Source: an uncultured Chloroflexia bacterium
Lineage (GTDB): Bacteria; Chloroflexota; Limnocylindria; Limnocylindrales; CSP1-4
Reading direction: 5' to 3'
NCBI GenBank assembly: GCA_963749705.1
Contig: CAVVNQ010000010.1
Location: forward strand, 64,001-128,000
DNA length: 64,000 nucleotides
The notes beneath the pieces are model-generated. The model was not told the DNA's origin and did no database searches. It was given only the letters and a program-made list of their open reading frames with translations. Position 1 is the first letter of the stretch. Each line of letters starts with the position of its first letter. Shown here one piece after another: positions 10,498-19,871 of this stretch. Both the position numbers and the translations under genes were made by a program.

Positions 10498-10511
10498 TTG
10501 ACCGCGGTCAA
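10498..10511. promoter_or_regulatory. Perfect palindrome TTGACCGCGGTCAA (FNR/CRP-family-like box) upstream of the oxidase operon
   Basis: 14-bp perfect palindrome TTGAC-N4-GTCAA about 35 nt before the ctaC start, in the ctaC/ctaG divergent gap. Confidence 0.45.
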
Positions 10512-10685
10512 GCAGCTGGAGGTCGCCGTCCGGGGACGCGCGCCGCCCGGAAAGGGGGCGCCGGACGCGCGCATCATACAAGAGGATCGCGGCGCGGGGG
10601 GTCCGGATGGACCATCCACCCCTGCCGAATGGCAGGTGGGGCGCCCGCGGCGGGGTCGTGTCGCGAATCGCGGGACAATACGGGC

Positions 10686-11797
10686 GTGATTCCTCATCTG
10701 CAGCGACCGCCCGATCGCCCCGCCCGCGCCCTCACGTCCGTCGCGCGACCGGCCCTGGTCGTCGTCCGGTCGGCCGGGTCGGTCGGCGCGCGCGTCATCG
10801 GCCTCCTGCTCGCGGTCGCGAGCGGCCTGCTGCTCGCCGTGCCCGTCGCGCTCGCCCACGGAGGCCGGCAGCTGGGCGAGCCGACGGCGCTCTCGTTCCT
10901 GCTCGACTGGTCGTTCGATCCCACCGTGTGGCTGCCGGCGCTGGCCGCCATCCTGCTGTGGCGGGCCGGCGTCAGCCGTGTCAACCGGGCGCATCCCGGA
11001 ACCCGGTGCCGCGCGCCCGCACCGTTGCCTGGCTCGCGGGGATCGGCACCATCCTCTTCGCGCTGGACTCGGGGGTCGGCCTGTACGACACGACGCTGTT
11101 CTCGGACCACATGGTCCAGCACCTGCTGCTGACGCTGATCGCCCCGCCGCTGCTCCTGTACGCGGGGCCGATCACGCTGATCCTGCGCGCGACCTCGGCC
11201 GAGACGCGGCATCGCTGGATCCTGCCGGTCCTGCACTCGCGCGTGCTGCGGGCACTGTCGTTCCCGGTCGTCGCCGCGGTCCTGTTCGCGGCGGTCATGT
11301 GGGGAACCCACTTCTCGCCGCTGTTCGACCTGTCGCTCGAGAACGTGCCGGTCCACATGCTGGAGCACGCCCTGTTCCTGGGTTCGGCGCTGCTGTTCTG
11401 GTGGCCGATCGTCGGCCCGGACCCGTCACCCTGGCGGATGAGCTCCGCGGTCCGGATCATGTACGCCGGCATCCAGATGCCACAGATGACGTTCCTCGCG
11501 GTCGCCGTCTACATGGCGTCCACCCCGCTCTACCACCACTACGCGACGATCGTGCGCGCGTGGGGCCCGACGCCGCTCGAGGACCAGCAGCTGGCGGGCG
11601 CCATCATGTGGCTGGGCGGCGACTTCGCGTTCCTCGCCACCGTGCTCCTGCTGGTCGCGGTCTGGATGCGTGACGAGGAGCGGCGGACGGTCGGCGAGGA
11701 GCGCCGCCTGGAGCCGCAGCGGGCCGCGATCCGGGAGCGCGAGATCGCGCTTGCGGCGCGTCGGGCCGCGGAAGCCGGGGAGCGGGGCGGTTCCTAG
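10686..11797 (+). pseudogene. ctaG: Cytochrome c oxidase assembly protein (caa3-type CtaG), apparently frameshifted near 10998-11001
   Basis: N-part (..AHGG..DWSFDPTVWL..NRAHP) in one frame; C-part (NPVP..HMVQHLLL..EDQQLAGAIMW) in another; one base missing at CCC GGA ACC. Confidence 0.75.
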
Positions 11798-12801
11798 GCG
11801 TTGCGCGGGATCGGCGCCTCGAGGTAGGCCCGGTACCGGTCGGGATCCACGTTGCCGCCGGACACGACGCCGACGATGGATCCATCGATCCCCGTCAGCC
11901 CGGCCTCCCGTGCATGGAACCGCATCGCGGCGATGGACAGGGCGCCGGACGGCTCGACCACGAGCCGGGCCTCCTCCGCGGCCAGCCGCACGGCGGCGGC
12001 AATCTCGTCCTCGCTGACCACCACGACCGCATCGAGCTGTGCGCGCAGGTGGGCGAAGTTGAGGCGGCCGATCGACTGCGTCCGGGTGCCGTCGGCGATC
12101 GTGCGGCTCACCTTCTCGGCCGGCCAGGCGACGATCCGGTCCTGCGCGAGCGAGTCCCGTGCGTCGGCGGCGAGCGCCGGCTCGACGCCGATCAACCGTG
12201 CAGCCGGGGCGAGCGCGGTGATCGCCGCGCACACGCCGGCGGCAAGGCCGCCGCCACCGATCGGCACCAGGACCGCCGCCACGTCGGGCATGTCCTCCGC
12301 GATCTCGAGGCCGACCGTGCCCTGGCCGGCCACGATGCGAGCATCGTCGTAGGGCGGGATGATCGCCAGGCCACGCGCCGCGGCAATCTCCTCCGCGATG
12401 CGCCGACGCTCCTCGCTCGCCGTACCGACGACGACGATCTCGGCGCCGTCCGCCTCGACCCTCGCTCGCTTGAGCGCGGGAGCGTCCGACGGCATCACGA
12501 TCACGGCCGGGACGCCGAACAGCCGCGCGGCGCGGGCGACGCCCTGGGCATGGTTGCCCGATGAGTAGGTGATCAGCCCGTTCGCCCGCTCCTCGGTCGA
12601 CAGGGCGGCCGCCGCCGCATAGGCCCCGCGCAGCTTGAACGCGCCGATCGGCTGGAGCGACTCGGCCTTGAGCCACTGGCGCAGCTCCGGGCGCCCGAAC
12701 GGCACCAGCGGCGTCCGGAGCGCGACGCCCCGCAGCGCCTCGGCGGCGGCGCGGATGGCGGGCAGCTCGACGAGGTCCGGCAGGGGACGCTCGTCGGTCA
12801 T
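11794..12801 (-). CDS. Threonine/serine dehydratase (PLP, fold type II)
   Basis: KAESLQPIGAFKLRGA, SSGNHAQ, PIGGGGL, VSGGN motifs. Confidence 0.9.
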   Translation of the reverse strand: MTDERPLPDLVELPAIRAAAEALRGVALRTPLVPFGRPELRQWLKAESLQPIGAFKLRGAYAAAAALSTEERANGLITYSSGNHAQGVARAARLFGVPAVIVMPSDAPALKRARVEADGAEIVVVGTASEERRRIAEEIAAARGLAIIPPYDDARIVAGQGTVGLEIAEDMPDVAAVLVPIGGGGLAAGVCAAITALAPAARLIGVEPALAADARDSLAQDRIVAWPAEKVSRTIADGTRTQSIGRLNFAHLRAQLDAVVVVSEDEIAAAVRLAAEEARLVVEPSGALSIAAMRFHAREAGLTGIDGSIVGVVSGGNVDPDRYRAYLEAPIPRNA

Positions 12802-13142
12802 CGACGTGGGACGGCGCGCTGGCACTCGATGCACAGGGCGGCCCAGGGCAGCGCGTCGAGCCGCTGTTCACCGACGGCCCGGTGGCACGAGGTGCAGCGT
12901 CCGAAGGTGCCGGCCTCGAGGCGCTCGAGGGCGGCCTCGACGGCCGCCAGGTGCTGCTCGTTGCGATCGCGCAGGGCGAGATCGCGCTGCTGGTCGACGA
13001 CGTGGCTGGCCGCCGCGGCCTGCGAGCCGTAGGTCATCGGGCCCGGCGCCTCGATCCGGAGCTCCCTGAGCTCGCCGACGACCCGGGCCCGCTCGGCCAG
13101 GAGCGCGGCGCGGCGGTCGGCGATGGTGGTCGGATCGTCCAT
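12798..13142 (-). CDS. TraR/DksA C4-type zinc finger protein
   Basis: ALERLEAGTFGRCTSC...RLDALPWAALCIECQ. Confidence 0.85.
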   Translation of the reverse strand: MDDPTTIADRRAALLAERARVVGELRELRIEAPGPMTYGSQAAAASHVVDQQRDLALRDRNEQHLAAVEAALERLEAGTFGRCTSCHRAVGEQRLDALPWAALCIECQRAVPRR

Positions 13143-13260
13143 GGTGGCCGATGCTACAACCCGGCCGTCCGCACGGTGGAGGGCCGTTCGGCCGATCCAT
13201 TCGGGCTGCGGTAGCCTCGATGCCAGCATCGACAACCGACTGAACCCACTGGAGATCGCG

Positions 13261-13434
13261 ATGGCCATCGTCAAGGACCCTGTATGCGGCATGGACGTCG
13301 ACACCGAGACGTCGCAGCTGTCGCTGGAGCACGACGGCAAGACCTACTGGTTCTGCGGCAAGGGCTGCCTGCTCGAGTTCAAGGACGATCCCGAGAAGTA
13401 CCTCGATCCGGCGTACGAACCCCAGGGCATGTGA
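13261..13434 (+). CDS. YHS domain protein
   Basis: KDPVCGM..TYWFCGKGC..F..DPEKY; RBS GGAG. Confidence 0.9.
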   Translation: MAIVKDPVCGMDVDTETSQLSLEHDGKTYWFCGKGCLLEFKDDPEKYLDPAYEPQGM

Positions 13435-13464
13435 CACCGGCATCGTAGGAGGACGACCCCTCGC

Positions 13465-15252
13465 ATGTGCGGTGTCTTTGGCTACGTCACGAACCGGGAC
13501 GTGGCTCTCGGGCCGATCCTGGTCGAGGCCGCCCAGCGGCTCACCTACCGCGGCTACGACTCGGTGGGAGCCGCCACCTTCCGCGACGGCGCGATCGACC
13601 TGCGCAAGGACGTCGGCAAGGTGGATGCGGTGGCCGAGCGCCACGGCCTGCGCGAGATGCGTGGCAGCCGCGGGATCACGCAGCTGCGCTGGGCCACCTT
13701 CGGCGAGCCGTCGCCGCGCAACGCCCAGCCGCACCTCGACTCGGACGGCGGGATGTGCGGCGCCCACAACGGCAACGTGGTCAACAACCTCGAGCTGATG
13801 GCCGAGTTCACGGCCGAGGGCATGACCGTCCGCTCCGAGAATGACGGCGAGACCTGCGTCCACGCGGTGGAGCGCTACCTCCGGCGCGGCGAGGCGCCCA
13901 TCGACGCGATCCGCCATGCCTACGACGACCTCGCGGGCGACTACGCCTTCGTCATCGGCCGGGCGCAGGACGATCGCCTGTACGCGTTCAAGAAGGGCTC
14001 GGGGATGGTCGTCGGCATCGGCGACGGCTTCACCTGCGTGTCGTCGGACCTGCCGTCGATCCTGCCCCTCACCCGGCGTGTCGTTCGTCCGCGCGACGGC
14101 GAGATCGTGACGCTGTGGGCGGACCGTGTCGAGGTCCGCTCGGTCGCGGACGGGGGCCTCGTCGACCGACCGGTCGAGCTCGTCACCGAGACCATGGAGG
14201 CGGCCCAGAAGGGTGGCTACCCACACTTCATGGCCAAGGAGATCCACGAGCAGCCGCAGGTCGCTCGCGAGCTGCTCCACCTGCTCGACGCGAGCGCCGA
14301 TGTCGCGCCGCTCGTGGAGCAGATGCGGAGCGCGCGCAATCTCTTCCTCGTCGCCTGTGGCACCAGCTACCACGCAGCGATGCTCGGCTCGGTATACCTC
14401 GCGCAGCTCGCCGGGCGCGTGGCGATCCCGGTCCTCGCGCCCCAGTTCATCGCCCAGTACGCCCCGGGGGTCGGGCCGGGCGACGTTGGCATCTTCGTGA
14501 GCCAATCGGGCGAGACCAAGGACGTGCTCAACGCGCTCGAGGCAGCGGAGCGCCGGGGGATGACCAGCTTCGGCCTGGCCAACGTCGTCGGCTCGGCGCT
14601 GACGCGCGAGACGCGCCTGTGCCTGCCGCTGGGCTGCGGCTTCGAGATCAGCGTGCCGGCCACCAAGACGTTCACCAACCAGGTGATCGCGTTCCTGTAC
14701 CTCGCCCATCGGCTGGCGGAGCGCGACCTGGCGCCGCTCGCGAGCGTTCCGGACCTGATCGAGGCGACGATCGCGTCAGTTGCGGCGCAGGTCGAGGCCC
14801 TCGCGGCCGAGCTGGCCGACCACGACGATCTCTACTGCCTCGGCTACGGAGCCACCTACCCCATCGCGCTCGAGGGCGCCCTCAAGCTCAAGGAGGTCAC
14901 CTACGCCCACTGCGAGGGGATGCTTTCGACCGAGTTCAAGCATGGACCCCTGTCTGCCGTGAGCGCGGGCTACCCGATCCTGTTCGCGGCCGGCCCCGAC
15001 GACGTCCAGCTCATCGTCAGCGGCATCAACGAGGTCAGGGTGCGCGGGGCGCGGACGATCACGATCGCCCAGGAGGATGCGCGCCTCCGTGCCAACGGCG
15101 ACGACCTGATCCCGCTCCCGGCCGCCGACCCCCAGGTGACCGCGCTGCTCGCCGTGCTGCCGCTCCAGCTGCTCGCGTACCACATGAGCGTGCTGCGCGG
15201 CTTCGACCCCGATTTCCCGCGCAACCTGTCCAAGACGCTGACCGTCGACTGA
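13465..15252 (+). CDS. glmS: Glutamine--fructose-6-phosphate aminotransferase (isomerizing)
   Basis: MCG N-terminus, RGYDS, RWAT, HNG, SQSGET, KHGP, PRNLSK C-terminus; RBS AGGAGG. Confidence 0.88.
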   Translation: MCGVFGYVTNRDVALGPILVEAAQRLTYRGYDSVGAATFRDGAIDLRKDVGKVDAVAERHGLREMRGSRGITQLRWATFGEPSPRNAQPHLDSDGGMCGAHNGNVVNNLELMAEFTAEGMTVRSENDGETCVHAVERYLRRGEAPIDAIRHAYDDLAGDYAFVIGRAQDDRLYAFKKGSGMVVGIGDGFTCVSSDLPSILPLTRRVVRPRDGEIVTLWADRVEVRSVADGGLVDRPVELVTETMEAAQKGGYPHFMAKEIHEQPQVARELLHLLDASADVAPLVEQMRSARNLFLVACGTSYHAAMLGSVYLAQLAGRVAIPVLAPQFIAQYAPGVGPGDVGIFVSQSGETKDVLNALEAAERRGMTSFGLANVVGSALTRETRLCLPLGCGFEISVPATKTFTNQVIAFLYLAHRLAERDLAPLASVPDLIEATIASVAAQVEALAAELADHDDLYCLGYGATYPIALEGALKLKEVTYAHCEGMLSTEFKHGPLSAVSAGYPILFAAGPDDVQLIVSGINEVRVRGARTITIAQEDARLRANGDDLIPLPAADPQVTALLAVLPLQLLAYHMSVLRGFDPDFPRNLSKTLTVD

Positions 15253-15433
15253 CGGCGGCGGCAGGCGGACCCGAGACCGGCGACCCTGGCACATTCGAGC
15301 AACGGTCCAGCACGCGTAAGTCGCAGATAAGCGGCGCGCGCGATGCTGCCAGCCCGCACCCATCGATCGGGCACTCCTCGGAGGGATCGGCGCGTGCGGT
15401 CGATGCCTGGCCCGCCGGGTGGAGGTTGTGCCC

Positions 15434-15532
15434 ATGGACGCCGTTGTGCGCCGTGTCCTCGCCGTCCGAATTGGTGCGCCGGCGCTCGCGCTCGCGCTGG
15501 CCGTCCTCATCGAGGGAGCCAAGCGATGGTGA
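15434..15532 (+). CDS. 32-aa peptide MDAVVRRVLAVRIGAPALALALAVLIEGAKRW (GAKRW family, copy 1)
   Basis: GGAGG at 15421-15425, 8 nt before ATG; fills an intergenic gap; same length and C-terminus as the peptide at 25518-25616. Confidence 0.7.
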   Translation: MDAVVRRVLAVRIGAPALALALAVLIEGAKRW

Positions 15533-15625
15533 CCGCCAGTCCTGACCTGGGTCGCTGCGAGCACGGCCGCCGCTGGTAGCCCGGCGCCATCGCTCGGGCT
15601 CGGGCCCGCCGCCGGTGTCCCCGGA

Positions 15626-16423
15626 TCAGCCGCGCCCGCCCGCGATCGCACCGCCGTCGGACGTGATCCGCGAGGCGAGGTAGACCGGGATCACGGACAG
15701 CAGGATCGCGACCATCCCGGCGACGTTCACCAGCGGAACCTGGTTGGCGAGCCGGAAGCTCTGGAAGATCCAGATCGGGAGCGTCCGGGTCCCGCCAGCG
15801 GTGAAGATCGTCACGATCACCTCGTCGAAGGAGAGGGCGAACGCCAGCAGGCCGCCGGCGATCAGCGCGCTGCGGATCGCGGGAAACGTGATCTTGCGGA
15901 AGGTCATGAACGTGTCCGCGCCCAGGTCCGCGGACGCCTCCTCGAACGAGCGCGAGACCCGCCGCAGTCGGGCGATCACGTTGTTGTAGACGAGCACGAT
16001 GCAGAACGTCCCGTGGCCGACCACGATCGCCGCCATGCCCAGCGGAAAGCCCACCGTCGCGAACGTCGTGCTGAGCGCCATCCCGGTCACGATCCCGGGC
16101 AGCGCGATCGGGAAGATGACGACGAACGAGATGGTCTCGCGACCGAAGAACCGATACCGGGCCACCGCGAGCGCCGCCAGCGTCCCCAGCACGAGCGCGA
16201 TCGCCGTGGCGCCCAGGGCGACGGTCACCGACGTCATGAACGCCTCGCGCAGGCCGGTGTTCGCCAGCGCATCGAGCAACCAGGTCGTCGTGAACCCGGA
16301 CGGCGGCCACGCGGACGTGCCGCTCGAGTTGAACGCATAGACGACGACCAGCAGCAGCGGCACGTAGATGAACGCGAGCACGAGGGCGGTGATCGAGCGG
16401 AGCAGGAACCTTGCCGCCATCAC
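15626..16423 (-). CDS. potC: Polyamine-type ABC transporter permease (PotC-like)
   Basis: EEASADLGA EAA motif, FALSFDE, TLP. Confidence 0.85.
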   Translation of the reverse strand: MMAARFLLRSITALVLAFIYVPLLLVVVYAFNSSGTSAWPPSGFTTTWLLDALANTGLREAFMTSVTVALGATAIALVLGTLAALAVARYRFFGRETISFVVIFPIALPGIVTGMALSTTFATVGFPLGMAAIVVGHGTFCIVLVYNNVIARLRRVSRSFEEASADLGADTFMTFRKITFPAIRSALIAGGLLAFALSFDEVIVTIFTAGGTRTLPIWIFQSFRLANQVPLVNVAGMVAILLSVIPVYLASRITSDGGAIAGGRG

Positions 16424-17328
16424 AGCGCCTCGAACGCGCCCAGCCGGCGGGCCACGACCAGGTACACGGTCATGATCAGCAGGGGCACCAGCGCGAATGC
16501 TGCGGCCAGGGGGAAGTTGCCCGCGCCGAAGTTCGCGTAGATCACGTTGCCGATGAACTGCGTCGTCGAGATCAGTCCCGGCACGATGTAGTCACCGAGC
16601 GTCAGGCTGAACGTGAAGATCGAGCCCGCGACGACGGCCGGCAGCGTCAGCGGCAGGATGACCCGGCGGAACGTCATCCAGGACCGGCCGCCGAGGTCGG
16701 CGGACGCTTCGAGCAGCGAGGTTGGGATCCGCTCGAGGCCGGCATACACCGGCAGGATCATGTACGGCAGCCACAGGTAGGTGAACACGAGCCACGGCCC
16801 GATCAGGTTGTCGCCCAGCCCCGGCCCGCTCAGCCCCAACGGCCGCAGCAGCCAGTTGAGGACGCCGTCGTTGGACAGGATCAGCCGCCATGTGTACGCC
16901 TTGACGAGGTAGCTCGCCCACAGCGGCATCAGGACCGCGACGACCAGCAGCCCGCGCGTCCGCGGCGATGCGATGCGGGCCATGTAGTAGGCGATGGGGA
17001 ACGCCAGCACGGCGCATGTCGCCGTGACCGCGGCGGCCATCCCGACCGTCCGCAGCGTGACCAGGCGGTAGGTGTCGCTGGTCAGCAGCTCGGTGAAGTT
17101 GTCGAGCGTGAACTCACGGATCACGAGGCTCGTGAACGGATCGCGACCCCAGAACGCGTTGAGGAACAGGATCAGCAGCGATCCCAGGTAGGCGATGCCC
17201 AGCCAGGCGAGGGGCGCAGAGAGCAGGCCGGCCAGGCGGGCGCCGGCGTGATGGTGCAGCCAGCCGGCCAGCCGGCGTCGCGGTCCGGTGGCCGGCGGGG
17301 CGGGCGCGGAAGCTTCCTGGTTGGTCAT
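16420..17328 (-). CDS. potB: Polyamine-type ABC transporter permease (PotB-like)
   Basis: LPYMILPVY, LEASADLGG EAA motif. Confidence 0.85.
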   Translation of the reverse strand: MTNQEASAPAPPATGPRRRLAGWLHHHAGARLAGLLSAPLAWLGIAYLGSLLILFLNAFWGRDPFTSLVIREFTLDNFTELLTSDTYRLVTLRTVGMAAAVTATCAVLAFPIAYYMARIASPRTRGLLVVAVLMPLWASYLVKAYTWRLILSNDGVLNWLLRPLGLSGPGLGDNLIGPWLVFTYLWLPYMILPVYAGLERIPTSLLEASADLGGRSWMTFRRVILPLTLPAVVAGSIFTFSLTLGDYIVPGLISTTQFIGNVIYANFGAGNFPLAAAFALVPLLIMTVYLVVARRLGAFEAL

Positions 17329-17348
17329 CAGCTGGTTCGCGGGGATCC

Positions 17349-17383
17349 GCGACCCGGGGACCTGCGAGGGGACCCCGGGTCGC
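17349..17383. other. Intra-operon stem-loop between substrate-binding and permease genes
   Basis: 11-bp stem GCGACCCGGGG / CCCCGGGTCGC. Confidence 0.5.
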
Positions 17384-17403
17384 TGGGGTTCATGACGAGG
17401 CTC

Positions 17404-18579
17404 TCAGCCCTTGATGTCCGTCCAGGCCTTCACCCAGTCGTCGAAGCCCTTGCACGTCACGTCGGTGCGTCCGTCGACGCAGGTGGTCTCGGGGGTCTGC
17501 CAGTACCACACGTCCTGCCAGAACGCGTCGTCGTTGGCGTGGTACGCGTCGCAGAAGCTCGGGTCGGACGTCTTGCCGCACGCCTTGCTGTTGGCCGGTG
17601 CCTCGCCGAACCATTCCGCGACCTGCGCGTTCACGTCCGGCGACACGATGTGGTCGAGGAACTTGTAGGCGCAGTTGATGTGCTTGGTCTTGCTGTTGAT
17701 CATCCACGTGTCGGACCACCCCGTCGCGCCCTCGACGGGCTTGACGATCTCGACCGGCACCGCGGGGTCCTCCGCCTTGAGCAGGTTGGTGATCACCTCC
17801 CAGGTGGTTCCCATGACCGCGTCGCCGTTGCGGAACGCGTCCATCTGCTTCGTGTAGTCGACCCAGTACTGGCCGATCAGCGGCTTCTGCTGCTTGAGCA
17901 GGTCGACCGCGGCGCCGAACTGCGTGTCGTCGAGCGCATACGGGTTCTTGATCCCCAGGTCGGGCTTGGTGGCCATCAGGACCACCGCAGCGTCGGCGAT
18001 GTAGATCGGCGCGTCGTAGACGGAGATCTTGCCCGCGTATGGCGAGCTCGGGTCGAACATCGCGGTCCACGAGCTGGGGGCCGACGTGACGACGTCGGTC
18101 CGCCACATCAGGAGGTTCGACCCGCGGCCGTGGGGGATGCCGTAGTGGACGCCGTCGACGGTGTTGTACGGCTTGTTCTTGAGGGCATCGAAGATGTCCG
18201 CGTAGCTGGGCACGAGGTCGACGTTGACCGGCTGCACGAAGCCCGCCCGGACGAGCCGCAGGCTCGCGTCACCGGACGCCGAGATCACGTCGTACTTGTC
18301 GGGGTTGGTCGAGAACAGCGTGTATGCCTCGTCCGACGTGCCGAACACCTGGATGTCGACCTTGCACCCGGTCGCCTGCTCGAACGGGGTCGTCCAGTCC
18401 ACGGTCGGGTCCGTGCCGCCGTTCTCCACGTAGCCGGGCCAGGCCAGGACGGACAGCGCGCCCTCGCCATCGCCCACCGATGTGGGCAGGCTGGGCGCCG
18501 GCGTGCCGCTCGATCCGCCGCACGCCCCGACGATCAGGGCGGCGACCGCCCCGAGGGCCAGGATCCTTCGCTTGGTCAT
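17404..18579 (-). CDS. potD: Polyamine-type ABC transporter substrate-binding lipoprotein (PotD/YdcS-like)
   Basis: Lipobox IVGAC, SASGDASLRL, EGATGWSDTW; RBS GAGGAGAGG. Confidence 0.8.
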   Translation of the reverse strand: MTKRRILALGAVAALIVGACGGSSGTPAPSLPTSVGDGEGALSVLAWPGYVENGGTDPTVDWTTPFEQATGCKVDIQVFGTSDEAYTLFSTNPDKYDVISASGDASLRLVRAGFVQPVNVDLVPSYADIFDALKNKPYNTVDGVHYGIPHGRGSNLLMWRTDVVTSAPSSWTAMFDPSSPYAGKISVYDAPIYIADAAVVLMATKPDLGIKNPYALDDTQFGAAVDLLKQQKPLIGQYWVDYTKQMDAFRNGDAVMGTTWEVITNLLKAEDPAVPVEIVKPVEGATGWSDTWMINSKTKHINCAYKFLDHIVSPDVNAQVAEWFGEAPANSKACGKTSDPSFCDAYHANDDAFWQDVWYWQTPETTCVDGRTDVTCKGFDDWVKAWTDIKG

Positions 18580-19673
18580 TCGGTCCTCTCCTCCTCCGCT
18601 GGCCGCCCATCCGCGATGGGCAGGCAATGGTCCCGCTTCCAGACCAGCGCGACCTCGCGTCCCTGGGCCGCCAGGGCCTCCATCGACGAGGTCGCGAGGT
18701 TCTGCTGGGTGACGACGAGCTCGGCGCCCTGGTCGAGCGCCACGATGTACCGCGTGTCCGACCCCACGTAGATCACGTCCCGGATCCGGCCCCGGGCCAC
18801 GATCTCGTCCGCGCCGGCTGCCTCCTCGGGGCCGGCGATGTGGATCTTCTCGGGCCGGACGGTGAACGTGCCCCGACGGCCCACGATCGCCTCGGCGGCG
18901 TCGCCGCGGAGCAGGTTGGACGTGCCGACGAACCCGGCGACGAAGCGCGTCGCGGGGCGCTCGTAGACGTCGGCCGGGGTCCCGACCTGCTCGATCCTGC
19001 CATTGCTGAACACCGCGATCCGGTCGCTCATGGTGAGCGCCTCTTCCTGGTCGTGGGTCACGTACACGAACGTGATCCCGACGTCCGACTGGATCCGGTG
19101 CAGCTCGAGCTGCATCTCCTCGCGCAGCTTGAGGTCGAGCGCCCCCAGCGGCTCGTCGAGCAGCAGCACCCGGGGCCGGTTGACGAGCGCTCGCGCGAGC
19201 GCCACCCGCTGGCGCTGACCGCCCGACAGCTGCCCCGGCTTTCGCCGGTCGTAGCCCTCGAGGCGGACCATGCCGAGCGCGTCCGCGACGCGTCGTTGGC
19301 GCTCGGGCTTGGGCACCTTGCGCACCAGGAGCCCGTAGGCAAGGTTGTCGGCGACCGACATGTGGGGGAACAGCGCGTAGTCCTGGAACACGGTGTTGAC
19401 GTCGCGCTCGAACGGCGCGAGGCGGGTGACGTCGCGGCCCTGGAGCAGGACGCGGCCGGCGGTCGGGACCTCGAAGCCCGCGATCATGCGCAGGGTCGTG
19501 GTCTTGCCGGAGCCGGATGGACCGAGCATCGAGAAGAACTCGCCGTCCGCGATCTCGAGGTCGATGCCGTTGACGGCCACGACGTCGCCGAACCGCTTCT
19601 CGACCCGCTCGAGCTGGACGGCCAGACCCGCATCGCCGTGCCGCGACCCGTCATCCCGCTCGGTCTGCGCCAT
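18576..19673 (-). CDS. potA: Polyamine-type ABC transporter ATP-binding protein (PotA-like)
   Basis: GPSGSGKTT, VFQDYALFPH, LSGGQRQR, LLLDEP, TOBE-like tail; start uncertain. Confidence 0.88.
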   Translation of the reverse strand: MAQTERDDGSRHGDAGLAVQLERVEKRFGDVVAVNGIDLEIADGEFFSMLGPSGSGKTTTLRMIAGFEVPTAGRVLLQGRDVTRLAPFERDVNTVFQDYALFPHMSVADNLAYGLLVRKVPKPERQRRVADALGMVRLEGYDRRKPGQLSGGQRQRVALARALVNRPRVLLLDEPLGALDLKLREEMQLELHRIQSDVGITFVYVTHDQEEALTMSDRIAVFSNGRIEQVGTPADVYERPATRFVAGFVGTSNLLRGDAAEAIVGRRGTFTVRPEKIHIAGPEEAAGADEIVARGRIRDVIYVGSDTRYIVALDQGAELVVTQQNLATSSMEALAAQGREVALVWKRDHCLPIADGRPAEEERTE

Positions 19674-19871
19674 GTCCGCTGGCTGCGTGGTCACGCTGGG
19701 TCCGGTCTCCTGGTCCGCCGCCGGGCGGAGCGGCGGGTTGTGACGGATGCGGTGCCGCTCGTGGACCCGGCCGCCGCTGGAGGTGGCGCGCACGCTACGG
19801 GCCCCCGCCTCGCAGTGTCAAGCGCAATCCCGCGGGGTGGGCATCGGCGCAACCTGACGCATCATGGCGCG

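Noticed and set aside
13435-13464. glmS ribozyme
   Set aside because: Only 30 nt are available upstream of glmS
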